From NCBI GenBank assembly GCA_958296135.2, contig CATQHZ020000001.1, positions 3,552,001 to 3,616,000 of the forward strand: a DNA stretch of 64,000 nucleotides, given 5' to 3'. Of the stretch, positions 36,589 to 46,811 are shown piece after piece; the stretch's first letter is position 1, and every line of letters begins with the position of its first letter. The notes below the pieces were generated by a model. That model ran no database searches, was not told the DNA's origin, and worked only from the letters and a program-made list of their open reading frames with translations. The translations under genes and the position numbers were made by a program. This stretch comes from an uncultured Poribacteria bacterium. Lineage in GTDB: Bacteria; Poribacteria; WGA-4E; WGA-3G.

Positions 36589-39500
36589 ATGCAAGCATTA
36601 AATCTGAACCCTAATAGCAGAGCAGTCCGTGACTACTATGCCACGCTGCGACAATACGCCACGCACAGCATCAGCCATGAAGGCGCAGTCAGCACGCCGT
36701 TGCAAACGCTTTTGGATACCTGCGCCAAACAAGTCGGTGCCACCTTCGTGCCGCAATACGCGATGCGGCCCTCAGACGGCGCGGAGGCCAACCGCGCACG
36801 CATCGTCGTCGATGGCGCACTCCTCGACGCATACGGACTCCCTTTCGCCTTCGTTGAAGCAAAAGACATCGACGATGAACTCGAACGCGAAATCCGCCGA
36901 AAATTTGATGCAGGTTATCCTGACACCAACCTCCTCTTCTACACCCCGCAGCGCGCCGTCCTCTATCAAAACGGACAGCGTGTGCTAGACGAGGACATCA
37001 CCGAGCCACAACGGCTGAAAGTGGTGATAGAACGCCTCTTCTCTCACCCGCTCGCCGCTATCGAGAATTGGCATACCGCCGTGGCGGAATTCCGCGAGAC
37101 GGTGCCGGCACTCGGACGCGAACTCGCTGAACTGATTCAGCATGCACACGAAACCAATCCGCGCTTCAGCACGGCGTTTGCCGACTTTTATCAACTCTGC
37201 AAGACTTCTATCAATCCCAATCTGTCCCAAGCTGCCGTGGAGGAAATGCTCATCCAGCATCTGCTTACCGAGCGCACCTTCCGCACCGTCTTCAATAATC
37301 CCGATTTCACGCGGCGCAATATCATCGCACGCGACATTGAGAACGTCATCGACGCGCTCACCTCCCAAGCCTTTAGCCGACACGACTTCCTCCGCAGCCT
37401 CGACCGGTTTTATCTCGCCATCGAAGACGCAGCGCGCCTCTGTCAAGATTTCTCGCAGCAACAGCACTTTTTGAATACTGTCTACGAACAGTTTTTCCAA
37501 GGCTTCTCCATCAAAGTGGCGGATACACACGGCATCGTCTACACACCGCAGCCCATCGTTAACTTCATGGTGAAAAGTGTCGAACATCTCCTCAAAACCG
37601 AATTCAACCGCTCCCTCTCCGATACAGGGGTTCACATCATCGATCCGTTCGTCGGCACCGGCAACTTCATCGTTCGCCTTATGAAGGACATTGACGTGAC
37701 GCGGCTAGAGGAGAAATACCGCGCCGAACTCCACTGCAACGAGCTCATGCTGTTGCCCTATTACATCGCGTGCCTGAACATTGAGCATGAGTATTTCCAA
37801 CGCACGGGCGAATACCTGCCGTTTGAAGGCATCTGCCTCGTCGATACGTTTGAATTGCTGGAAGAACGACAGACGCAACTGTTCACGCGTGAAAACACCG
37901 AACGCGTGGCACGCCAAAAAGCCACCGACATGTTCGTCGTCATCGGCAATCCACCCTATAATGCGAAACAAGTCAACGATAGCGACAACAATCGAAATCG
38001 CAAGTACCCTGCGATGGATGCACGGGTGCGAGAGACTTATGCGAATGCCTCCAAAGCGACAAACAAAAATTCGCTCTATGACCCTTACGTCAAATCCCTC
38101 CGATGGGCAACGGATAGACTCGGCAAAGATGGCATCGTCGTACTCGTCACGAATCATAGTTTCATCGACGGTTTGGCATTCGATGGGATGCGGAAACATC
38201 TCGCCGAAGAGTTTGACATGCTCCACATTGTGGATTTGGGCGGCAACATCCGCAAGGGGAACCCGGGTGATTCCAACGTGTTCGGCATTCGCGTCGGTGT
38301 GAGCATCAACATCCTCGTCAAAAAGCAGGGGGCGCGGGATGGGCGCGGCCGCATTCTGTATCACGGCGAGACAGCGGCGTGGAGCAAAGAACGCACGTTT
38401 GATTTTCTGAACGAAAAAGAGCACGTCGGCAACGTGACATGGCAAGAGATTCAGCCGAATGCGCGGCATGTCTGGCTTACTGACAGCCTCCGCGAGGAGT
38501 TTGAAACCTTTACGCCACTCGGAAACAAGGCGGTAAAGACAGGAAAATCTGAGGCAATCGGGACGCTTTTTAAAGACTACTCTCGAGGACTGACAACGAA
38601 CCGAGATCCGTGGGTTTACAACTTCAACCGGGAGGCTCTCACGGAGAACATCACTCGCATGATTGATGTCTACAACACGCAAGTGCTTCGGTGGGAACGG
38701 CGGACAGACATGACGAAAAGCATCAATGATTTTGTGGAAACTGATGTGACGAAAATCAAATGGTGTCGAGAGTTACGGCAGCAGCTGCAACGCGGCATCC
38801 TTGGCGAATACGCCGAGCATAAGGTTCGGACTTCACTTTATCGCCCCTTCACTAAATCAAACCTCTTTTTTGATCGGGTGCTGAATGGCTGTGTCTATCA
38901 GCTTCCCTCTTTCTTTCCGACGCGGGATACCGAAAAGGAAAACCGCGCGCTTTGTGTCAACGTGACACCCGAAAAACCCTTTATCTGTCTCATGGTTGAC
39001 TGTATCCCCGAACTCGTCATGACTGGAGGATTCGGATCGCCCACGCAGTGCTTCCCGTTCTATACCTACGATGAAGATGGCACAAACCGCCGAGAGAACA
39101 TCACCGATTGGGCACTGGCACACTTCCGAGCGCATTACGACGATGAAACCATCACCAAGTGGGACATCTTCCACTATAATTACGCCGTGTTGCATCAGCC
39201 GCACTATCGCAAACGGTATGAGGGAAATCTCCGGCGCGATTTGCCGCACATCCCCTTCGCGCCGGACTTCTGGGCATTTGCCAACATTGGCAAGGCGTTA
39301 GCGGAACTCCATCTGAATTATGAGGCGCAGCCCGAATACGCAGGGTTGGAGTTGATTGCCACGCCCGGTGTGCAGCGCAATTGGCGCGTGGAGCAGATGA
39401 AATTCTCGCCGGACAAGACGCAGATTCGCTACAACGAATTCCTGACGATAGCCGGCATCCCTGAGGCGGCATTTGCGTATCGGTTAGGGAACCGTTCCGC

Positions 39501-39669
39501 GTTAGAGTGGGTAGTCAATCAGTATCGCGTCAAAACGGACAAACGGAGTGGCATCGTGAACGATGCGAATCGTGCGGATGCGCCGCAATATATTGTGAAG
39601 TTAATCGGGCGCGTCCTCACGGTGAGTTTAGAGACAGTGCGGCTAATTGAACGTTTACCGGCATTGTAG
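36589..39669 (+). CDS. Single-chain restriction-modification enzyme: nuclease, m6A methyltransferase and type ISP-like specificity domain, no helicase
   Basis: VDG...EAKD nuclease motif, GIVYTP, DPFVGTGNF, GNPPY, LYRPF, YRLGNRSALEWV. Confidence 0.85.
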   Translation: MQALNLNPNSRAVRDYYATLRQYATHSISHEGAVSTPLQTLLDTCAKQVGATFVPQYAMRPSDGAEANRARIVVDGALLDAYGLPFAFVEAKDIDDELEREIRRKFDAGYPDTNLLFYTPQRAVLYQNGQRVLDEDITEPQRLKVVIERLFSHPLAAIENWHTAVAEFRETVPALGRELAELIQHAHETNPRFSTAFADFYQLCKTSINPNLSQAAVEEMLIQHLLTERTFRTVFNNPDFTRRNIIARDIENVIDALTSQAFSRHDFLRSLDRFYLAIEDAARLCQDFSQQQHFLNTVYEQFFQGFSIKVADTHGIVYTPQPIVNFMVKSVEHLLKTEFNRSLSDTGVHIIDPFVGTGNFIVRLMKDIDVTRLEEKYRAELHCNELMLLPYYIACLNIEHEYFQRTGEYLPFEGICLVDTFELLEERQTQLFTRENTERVARQKATDMFVVIGNPPYNAKQVNDSDNNRNRKYPAMDARVRETYANASKATNKNSLYDPYVKSLRWATDRLGKDGIVVLVTNHSFIDGLAFDGMRKHLAEEFDMLHIVDLGGNIRKGNPGDSNVFGIRVGVSINILVKKQGARDGRGRILYHGETAAWSKERTFDFLNEKEHVGNVTWQEIQPNARHVWLTDSLREEFETFTPLGNKAVKTGKSEAIGTLFKDYSRGLTTNRDPWVYNFNREALTENITRMIDVYNTQVLRWERRTDMTKSINDFVETDVTKIKWCRELRQQLQRGILGEYAEHKVRTSLYRPFTKSNLFFDRVLNGCVYQLPSFFPTRDTEKENRALCVNVTPEKPFICLMVDCIPELVMTGGFGSPTQCFPFYTYDEDGTNRRENITDWALAHFRAHYDDETITKWDIFHYNYAVLHQPHYRKRYEGNLRRDLPHIPFAPDFWAFANIGKALAELHLNYEAQPEYAGLELIATPGVQRNWRVEQMKFSPDKTQIRYNEFLTIAGIPEAAFAYRLGNRSALEWVVNQYRVKTDKRSGIVNDANRADAPQYIVKLIGRVLTVSLETVRLIERLPAL

Positions 39670-39748
39670 GGGAGCCGGACGATTTAGTTATCCCGTTCTG
39701 TCGTTAACCGGCCCGCCAAACGCATCGCGAAAGACGAAAAATCGTGTC

Positions 39749-41749
39749 TCACGGCCACGGAAAAAACGGTGCCGGCACATTCGCACTCCAACTGACAAGA
39801 CACCACACCACTGCCATGCTAAATTCACCGAAGACTAGCCCCAAAAAGAATGGCCGAAACCGCTGATACTGCCGAATCCCGCTGTAACGCAGGAGCGGCG
39901 TTTTAATGCTCCACGCGATGAAGACCGGAAACCAAAACACGATAAGTGTCCACGAAGCGGATAAGGCATACCCAAGCGGGTGCAGCGGCCACCACCAATA
40001 TAACATTCTGAGCGCAACTAAGCCTGTCGTCACAAGCGCGCCGATGCCGAAGAAGAGCCCGCCTGTCGCGAGCAGATTCGAGCCCAGTCCCTCCATCGCC
40101 GCCACATTGTCCTGAAAGGCCCAAAGCGGATTCCCACGATACGTATAACTATACATATAGTTAGCCCCGTGCGTATAGGGCAGCCATAAGTGAAGGGCGG
40201 CTGCACAGAAAAACGCCAGCGCGCAGCCTAATGCTAAAACGCCCAACAATGAACGGTAAGCCAGGCCCACTCTGTCACTGATTTTTAAACTGTCTAGGAA
40301 ACCGGTAAGGATTAATCCACGCTGATCTCGCGTGAAAATTGCATCCAGCAAAGACAGTGTCGTGAGGCTTGGTGCCCCTAACGTCGCCTTGCTGGCGATG
40401 AGTTGATAGAGATCGATCGGACGGAAGGAGGTTTCTGTCATTAGCAAACCGCCTTCTGCCGTGCTGCGCGCCATCACCACCGCCACGATGCAGACGTAAA
40501 CCAGCATCTCAAATGCCGCAAATCCTAAGCTTAAGCCAGCGAGATGACACCAGCCTATCGCAAGAAGCAGGCAGACGATGAACCCCCAGACAGCTGTGCG
40601 GTAGGGGAGAATCTCGGCGGAGTCATCAGCTATGTCCCATCGGGCGCGGGCCTGTCCCTCGCCATGCTGCGAAGTGCCCAAACCGCGATTAAAGGCACGC
40701 CGAAACACACGGCGGAAGTGCGGAAAGCCGACATAGATGAACGAGATTATCAGCACAACATAAGCACCGGCTATCTGGTAGCCGATATAGAGCCGAGTTG
40801 GATAGAGCGGCATACCGCTTACCCGCAAACCAAACATCGCAGCGACAACATCTTGCAGCCGCGTGAGCAGAAAAAAGAACCACAGACTGAACAGCAGTTG
40901 CGTCGGCAGCAGGTAGAAAAACCCTACCGCCGCGAAAGAGAGAAAAATGGGGGTGTAGGCGATGGCGTTGAACGGCTGTTCCGTGAAATATTGGTTCAGG
41001 ACATATTGCAAGGAGACACTCGGTATCTGCGGCCAGATTTCGTGAAGCCCATTTAAGGTGAAGATGAGCGCAGGCACCGCGAACCCCAGCCACATCAGAC
41101 GGCTCCGAAAGAAGCCGCGCTCCTCATAGACAAACTCTAGCGGCAGTGAGACTAACGGAAACGCCAATTTCTCGTTTTCAACCCACTGTTTGCGCAAGAT
41201 TGCCGCGAGGCAGAGAAACGCGGTAAACACCAAGAATACCAGCACGCCCCAGACGCACAACGGTTTTATCCATAGGTTCCACGGAATTGCATCGCCGGGC
41301 TCAAGGCCTTCATAGAAACTGACAGCGACAGGGGCTTGGCCTTTTTGTTCCGGCGAAAAGGGAATTAACCACGGCTTGATGTGCGGAAAGAAGAGCGTGT
41401 CCCAACTGTTCGTCTCATTGGAGAAATAGTTCACCGCGATGAGGGCCGGAATCAGTTTCTCCATGACACCGCGCGACGAAATCATTGAGGCGACGAGCAT
41501 CATGCAGTAGATGCACATCAATTCGCGCGGGGATAAGCCAAAATGCTGATTCAACTTTTGGAACAGCCTATTGCCGAGCACCAAAAAGAAAAATAGCCCG
41601 ATGACTGCCGGCGGTAACTGCAAAAAACCGATTTGGATGTAGGTAATCACCAATTCGGCATAAGAGACGATGAAACAGATGGCGATAACGCAACAGATAC
41701 CAAGCGGAAGGAAACGCCATGAGAGGCGGTTTTCGTTTGTGGATAGCAA
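39749..41749 (-). CDS. Polytopic membrane protein (DUF6785/DUF6784-like)
   Basis: RKQWVENEKLAFPL, WWPLHPLGY, RPFFLGLVFGE motifs; many TM segments. Confidence 0.7.
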   Translation of the reverse strand: MLSTNENRLSWRFLPLGICCVIAICFIVSYAELVITYIQIGFLQLPPAVIGLFFFLVLGNRLFQKLNQHFGLSPRELMCIYCMMLVASMISSRGVMEKLIPALIAVNYFSNETNSWDTLFFPHIKPWLIPFSPEQKGQAPVAVSFYEGLEPGDAIPWNLWIKPLCVWGVLVFLVFTAFLCLAAILRKQWVENEKLAFPLVSLPLEFVYEERGFFRSRLMWLGFAVPALIFTLNGLHEIWPQIPSVSLQYVLNQYFTEQPFNAIAYTPIFLSFAAVGFFYLLPTQLLFSLWFFFLLTRLQDVVAAMFGLRVSGMPLYPTRLYIGYQIAGAYVVLIISFIYVGFPHFRRVFRRAFNRGLGTSQHGEGQARARWDIADDSAEILPYRTAVWGFIVCLLLAIGWCHLAGLSLGFAAFEMLVYVCIVAVVMARSTAEGGLLMTETSFRPIDLYQLIASKATLGAPSLTTLSLLDAIFTRDQRGLILTGFLDSLKISDRVGLAYRSLLGVLALGCALAFFCAAALHLWLPYTHGANYMYSYTYRGNPLWAFQDNVAAMEGLGSNLLATGGLFFGIGALVTTGLVALRMLYWWWPLHPLGYALSASWTLIVFWFPVFIAWSIKTPLLRYSGIRQYQRFRPFFLGLVFGEFSMAVVWCLVSWSANVPAPFFPWP

Positions 41750-41933
41750 TCTTTCTTGTCCTTTGCCCGACGATTTTGACTTTGAGAAAGTGTATCACGA
41801 ACGCGAAAATCTGGCAAATGGAACGAAAAAATCAAAAAAATGAAAAAATGTCACTTTTTTTGTAACCGTTCCTCATATAAAAGCGTTTTAATTAAGTGAA
41901 ACCAATTTTATCGCGCGAAAAAAGGTTAAAGGT

Positions 41934-42191
41934 ATGTTCAATCATACACAAAATCCGCTTGTCGGGTTACCAACAAGGGCCCTGCGCCTCTATAGTGCAT
42001 TGGAGGTTTTCCGGGGTGCGTATACTTCCCTGAGCGAACCGACGTGGTTTCGTGCACCAAGACGGGACGCGCTCCTCAAAAAAATCGGATTCTCCAAAGC
42101 CGATATTGATACCGCCATCAGCGAACTCACGCAAGCGAATTTGTTGCAAATCCGGGAACAGCAGAACACCCGGTGGTATCGCCTCAAATAA
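41934..42191 (+). CDS. Small hypothetical protein, winged-helix-like
   Basis: AISELTQANLLQIRE..RWYRL end; abuts maf. Confidence 0.5.
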   Translation: MFNHTQNPLVGLPTRALRLYSALEVFRGAYTSLSEPTWFRAPRRDALLKKIGFSKADIDTAISELTQANLLQIREQQNTRWYRLK

Positions 42192-42192
42192 T

Positions 42193-42825
42193 ATGCCCAG
42201 CAGTGGACTCTTCGACAAACTCCCATGCCTCGTTTTGGCATCGGCATCGCCGCGTCGCGCCGCCCTCTTATCGCAAATCGGCCTGACGTTCGAGATACGC
42301 CCAAGTGATGTCGCGGAACCGCTGCACAACGGAACCGCGGCGGAAGTCACACAAAAACTTGCCTTGCTCAAGGCAAAAGCCATCGCGCGCCAGCACACCG
42401 AAGGACTAATCATCGGTGCAGATACGTTGGTAGCGTTAGACGGCCGACTTCTCGGCAAACCGACAGATGACGCGCACGCCACAGAAATGCTGACGCAACT
42501 TAGCGGCACCTGCCACGAGGTAGTCACAGGAGTGGCATTAATCGTTGTCGACTCTTCCGGTAGGCGCGATTTTCAACCGCGCACGCCTGCCGCGCGCGAA
42601 ATTGTCTGGACAGAAACCACCAAGGTCTACTTCCGAGAATTGCGCAGCGCGGAGATTGCCGCCTATGTTGCAAGCGGCGAAGCATCGGATAAGGCAGGCG
42701 CATACGGAATCCAAGGGCGCGGCGCGGCACTCGTGAAACGCATTGAAGGATGCTATTTCAACGTCGTCGGACTGCCGCTAGCCAGTCTCGTTGAACAATT
42801 ATGGAAACTTGCCCCGACAACCTGA
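42193..42825 (+). CDS. maf: Maf/YhdE nucleoside triphosphate pyrophosphatase
   Basis: LASASPRR, GADTLV, LGKP, DKAGAYGIQG, NVVGLP. Confidence 0.93.
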   Translation: MPSSGLFDKLPCLVLASASPRRAALLSQIGLTFEIRPSDVAEPLHNGTAAEVTQKLALLKAKAIARQHTEGLIIGADTLVALDGRLLGKPTDDAHATEMLTQLSGTCHEVVTGVALIVVDSSGRRDFQPRTPAAREIVWTETTKVYFRELRSAEIAAYVASGEASDKAGAYGIQGRGAALVKRIEGCYFNVVGLPLASLVEQLWKLAPTT

Positions 42826-43541
42826 TGCCGAACGCGAAAACTTACACTCCGACTGAAGGCTACGTTGACATCGCGCCTCCCGGCGAAATGGGGACGCTGC
42901 AGCTCGGCATCCTCAACCTCACACCCAACGCCACGTACTTTGACCATTCCGATGACACTGAAGTCGCCTTGATTGCACTAGGCGGCAACTGCACCCTGTT
43001 AGTCGGGCATAATGGCAACAAAGCAAACGGTATCTTAGGGGAACGTCCAGATGTCTTTCACGGCGAGGCATGCGTTGCGTTCATTCCGCACCACACAACT
43101 TACGAAGTGCTCACGGGCGAAGCGGGTATTGAAATCGCCGTTTGCAAAACGGCATCGCACTCGGAAACGGCGGCTGTCATCTTAGGCGCAGGCGAGGTAG
43201 CAGACGAAACCAACCGGCACCTCCACATCACAGAAAATGAGATGCCAAACCGGCGCGGCGGCGAAGCAGTCTGCCTCATCCGATATCCGCACGAAGAAAG
43301 CACCACGGTCTTCCAATTTCCAAGCATCGGCGATGGAGAAAAGAAAGAGGCGGATATGATGAATCACATCCGCCCGTCACGCCTATTCTCTTTCAACAAT
43401 TCGGGTTTCCCCGAATTGTTGCCCCCCGGTAGGCGAGAGCTCCCGGTCCCGATGTTCGGATTCTCTTTCAACAATTCGGGTTTCCCCGAATTGTTGTCCT
43501 CTGAGCGCGCCTATACGTTGTGGATAGCGCACGTGGTATAG
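42825..43541 (+). CDS. IolB/KduI-like cupin, C-terminus truncated or replaced by repeats
   Basis: EVALIALGGNC, LGERPDVF resemble the IolB N-terminal half; tail is made of duplicated hairpins. Confidence 0.5.
   Translation: MPNAKTYTPTEGYVDIAPPGEMGTLQLGILNLTPNATYFDHSDDTEVALIALGGNCTLLVGHNGNKANGILGERPDVFHGEACVAFIPHHTTYEVLTGEAGIEIAVCKTASHSETAAVILGAGEVADETNRHLHITENEMPNRRGGEAVCLIRYPHEESTTVFQFPSIGDGEKKEADMMNHIRPSRLFSFNNSGFPELLPPGRRELPVPMFGFSFNNSGFPELLSSERAYTLWIAHVV
43385..43496. repeat. 37-bp hairpin direct repeat flanking an R3-like GTAG repeat
   Basis: attctctttcaacaattcgggtttccccgaattgttg at 43385 and 43460. Confidence 0.9.
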
Positions 43542-43545
43542 AGCG

Positions 43546-43848
43546 TCACTCCCCTTCGATCAGCTCCCCGCCCTTTTTCAGAAAAGCGACAGCACTCCGA
43601 GAAATCTGCACCTTCACCTCCTGGCTGTTCACTTCGCCTACGGAGATGAGGATGATATTCTTATCGTTGCTGAGGCCGAGAATTTTGCCGTGCAACCCGC
43701 CGTTGGTGACGATTTCATCACCTTTGGACAGGTTCTCAAGCATGTTCTGGTGTTTTTTGCGTTTGGCTTGCTCCGGACGCCAGAGTAAGAAATACATTAT
43801 CGCCCCCATCGCGATAAACGGAACAAGCAAACCTCCTATCTGTTCCAT
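43546..43848 (-). CDS. yajC: Preprotein translocase subunit YajC
   Basis: MYFLLWRPEQ, LSKGDEIVTNGGLHG. Confidence 0.93.
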   Translation of the reverse strand: MEQIGGLLVPFIAMGAIMYFLLWRPEQAKRKKHQNMLENLSKGDEIVTNGGLHGKILGLSNDKNIILISVGEVNSQEVKVQISRSAVAFLKKGGELIEGE

Positions 43849-43930
43849 GAAGTGTCTCCTTCTACAATTTCCGGCAAGTGCGGTTTGCAACCCCGCCTAC
43901 CGGGTTCGTTCAGTATTTGTTCACCTTACC

Positions 43931-44986
43931 CTAAAGAATCAGCATGGCATCGCCATAACTGTAAAAACGGTAGTTATGCCGGAGTGCCTCCTGATATGCC
44001 TCGCGAATCAGTTTGACATCGGCGAAGGCACTCACTAGCATAAGTAAGGTAGATTTCGGTAGATGGAAGTTGGTAATCAGTGCATCTACCACGTTGAATT
44101 GATGACCGGGGTAGATAAACAGCTCGCTCTCGCCGCGATAAGGGGTGACGGTACCAGTGCTCCCGGCCGTTTCCAGCGCGCGCACCACCGTCGTCCCGAC
44201 AGCGACGATTTTCCGCCCGGCTCCCCGCGCCGAACGGATACGCTCCGCCCCAGCGGCGGTGAGATGGATGTATTCGGCATGCATCTTATGAGTGCCAATA
44301 TCTTCCACCTTCACCGGCTGAAATGTGCCGATTCCGACGTGCAAAGTCAACGTAGCGGTTTTTATCCCGGTCGCGCGCAATCTCTCCAGCAGTTCTTGCG
44401 TGAAGTGCAAGCCGGCAGTCGGTGCAGCAATCGCGCCGTCGGCATCGGCGTAAACGCATTGGTACCGCGCCGCATCTTCTGCACTCGGCGCGCGTTTGAT
44501 GTAGGGCGGCAACGGCACCTGTCCGATGCTCGCCAAAATGTCTGCAAACGTTCCCTCACAGTAGAAACGGACTTGACAGAACCCATCAGCTGGTATCTTA
44601 ACGACTTCTGCGATAAGTTCCCCATCCCCAAATGAAACCCGCGTGCCAACCTTCAGACTCCGCCGGGGTCTGGCAAGCACTTCCCAAATGGCGCGTAAGG
44701 ACAAATTTCTACAGCTGCCCGCTCTCTTTTCTCGGACGAGAAGCAACTCAACTTTGCCGCCGGTCTCCATTTTTTTACCGATGAGCCGTGCCGGAATCAC
44801 TTTCGTGTCGTTCAGCACGAGCATCGCGTTCTCCGGCAGGAATTCGCCAATCTGCGAAAACCGGGTGTGATGAAACGTGCGCGCGTCTCTCTCAATCACC
44901 ATGAGCCGCGAACCATCGCGCCGCTGAAGGGGGAACTGCGCAATGCTGTCTGCCGGCAAAGGGTAATCAAAGTCTGCAAGTTGCAT
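43931..44986 (-). CDS. queA: S-adenosylmethionine:tRNA ribosyltransferase-isomerase
   Basis: FDYPLP, NDTKVIPARL, PLPPYI, AAPTAGLHF, NFHLPKSTL, FYSYGD. Confidence 0.96.
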   Translation of the reverse strand: MQLADFDYPLPADSIAQFPLQRRDGSRLMVIERDARTFHHTRFSQIGEFLPENAMLVLNDTKVIPARLIGKKMETGGKVELLLVREKRAGSCRNLSLRAIWEVLARPRRSLKVGTRVSFGDGELIAEVVKIPADGFCQVRFYCEGTFADILASIGQVPLPPYIKRAPSAEDAARYQCVYADADGAIAAPTAGLHFTQELLERLRATGIKTATLTLHVGIGTFQPVKVEDIGTHKMHAEYIHLTAAGAERIRSARGAGRKIVAVGTTVVRALETAGSTGTVTPYRGESELFIYPGHQFNVVDALITNFHLPKSTLLMLVSAFADVKLIREAYQEALRHNYRFYSYGDAMLIL

Positions 44987-44987
44987 A

Positions 44988-46013
44988 TTAATAGAACAGC
45001 GAAGGTTGAGTGCCGACCGGGTAGTCAAAGTATTCATAGGCGGCATCTGTCGCGACGCGCCCACCCGGTGTCAGCATCAACAGCCCCTCTTTGATATAGT
45101 AAGGTTCGTAGACCTCGGAGATAGTGCGTTCGTCTTCACTGAGCGCGACCGCGAGTGCCTTCAGCCCCGCGCGTCCGTTGAATTTCTCAATAAGCGTGCG
45201 GAAATAGGCGTAATCTTGCGAGTCTAATCCGCGTTCATCAATGCCGAAAAACGCCAGGGCCTCCTCCGCAACCTCAAACGTGAGAACGCCGTTGCCCTTC
45301 ACCTCGGCGTAGTCTCTGACGTTCGCCAGCAATTTATTAGCAATTCGCATCGTACCGCGCGAACGCCGGGCCAACGCGTATTCTGCCTCGTCTTCAATAT
45401 CAATGTTGAGTTTCGCGCTGTTGATTCGGATAGCCTGCTGGATGTCCACCGGTTCGTAATAATCCAAATGGATGCGGATGCCGAACCGGTCGCGAAACGG
45501 ACCGGCGAGCAGGCCCTCGCGCGTCGTCGCACCGACAAGCGTGAAACGCGCGATATCCAGTTGCACAACATCCGACGCGGGGCCCTGGCCAATCGCCAGA
45601 TCCAACTGGTAATCCTCCATCGCCGGGTATAGCGATTCTTGGACATACCCTTTCATCCGGTGGATTTCGTCAATAAATAGGATATCGCCCTTCTCCAGGT
45701 TGGACAACGTCGAGACAATGTCTAGTTTCTCCATGACGGGGCCGATGGCCTGCTTAAAATTAGTCTCAATTTCATTAGAGATAATCTTCGCAAGCGTCGT
45801 CTTCCCGAGCCCCGGCGGACTGACGAGGAGCACATGTTCCAACGCATCTCCCCGCTTTTTAGCGGCTTCAATGTGGATACGGAGCTGCTCCTTGGCTCTC
45901 TCCTGCCCGATAAATTCCTTCAGCGTCTCCGGCCGGAGGCTATATTCAAAGCCATCGTCTTCAACAGCCAAATCGTGCATCCGGGAAGCATCCGATGTGT
46001 CGTGGTTAGCCAT
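44988..46013 (-). CDS. ruvB: Holliday junction helicase RuvB
   Basis: LRP..L.EFIGQ, PPGLGKTT, FIDEIHR, GATTR. Confidence 0.96.
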   Translation of the reverse strand: MANHDTSDASRMHDLAVEDDGFEYSLRPETLKEFIGQERAKEQLRIHIEAAKKRGDALEHVLLVSPPGLGKTTLAKIISNEIETNFKQAIGPVMEKLDIVSTLSNLEKGDILFIDEIHRMKGYVQESLYPAMEDYQLDLAIGQGPASDVVQLDIARFTLVGATTREGLLAGPFRDRFGIRIHLDYYEPVDIQQAIRINSAKLNIDIEDEAEYALARRSRGTMRIANKLLANVRDYAEVKGNGVLTFEVAEEALAFFGIDERGLDSQDYAYFRTLIEKFNGRAGLKALAVALSEDERTISEVYEPYYIKEGLLMLTPGGRVATDAAYEYFDYPVGTQPSLFY

Positions 46014-46132
46014 TCTCGCTTACCTATCGTCTGATGAATATTCAAATGAGTTCCGAACAGGACAGACGCAAATGTCAGCAGTGAGGAGGGGCAGTTGAAA
46101 ACCGCACCTCCGAGGTCGAGTCTGCGGCCATC

Positions 46133-46726
46133 CTACCGAATATAGCGCAGTGCCTGCTTCACCAAATTTTCTCGCTGTGCCGACTCACCGAGCACCTTCT
46201 GCGCCCTCTCAACGGCTTGCTCAGCGTCAAGCTCCGATGCACCCAAATTGACCAGGATTTTTATCACCTCCGCGTCTGCTCCACCGGCGCGCGCCAGCCC
46301 CGCCTCGCCTTCAAATTTCACCTTCGTCATGTGCTTCTTGAGCTTCATGATGATGAAATGAGCGTTCTCTTTGCCCAACCGCGGCACCCGCATCAACGTC
46401 GTGGTATCGCCTTGATGAACAGCGCGTTGGAATTGCGGCGGTGTCAACTTCGCAACGATGTTTTGCGCCAGCGCGGGACCGACACCTTTCACCGTCAGTG
46501 CCATTTCAAAGACTTTCAGGGCATCTCTGGAAGTGAAACCGTAGAGGGTAATGTCATTTTCGCGATTTTGGTAATAATGCGTGTAAAAGGTGACCTGCTC
46601 GCCCACCAACGGTAAATCATCGCCGGTTTTCGGTGGAATATCCACGGCATACCCGATGCCGTTCACATCCACGACAACCTGTTTCGTGTCTTTATGGGCA
46701 ACAACCCCTTTGACATAAGCAATCAT
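46133..46726 (-). CDS. ruvA: Holliday junction binding protein RuvA
   Basis: MIAYVKG, DVNGIGY, LYGF, VKGVGP. Confidence 0.93.
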   Translation of the reverse strand: MIAYVKGVVAHKDTKQVVVDVNGIGYAVDIPPKTGDDLPLVGEQVTFYTHYYQNRENDITLYGFTSRDALKVFEMALTVKGVGPALAQNIVAKLTPPQFQRAVHQGDTTTLMRVPRLGKENAHFIIMKLKKHMTKVKFEGEAGLARAGGADAEVIKILVNLGASELDAEQAVERAQKVLGESAQRENLVKQALRYIR

Positions 46727-46811
46727 TTTTTTCGTCCTTCTCGGAAAATCGCTGCGTGGCGAGGGAAACCCTCGGCGATTCACGCTCGCCGGGTTTTCCC
46801 TCGCCCCACAG

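Noticed and set aside
43848-43931. tgt missing between queA and yajC
   Set aside because: Gene relocation is common and cannot be judged from one window.
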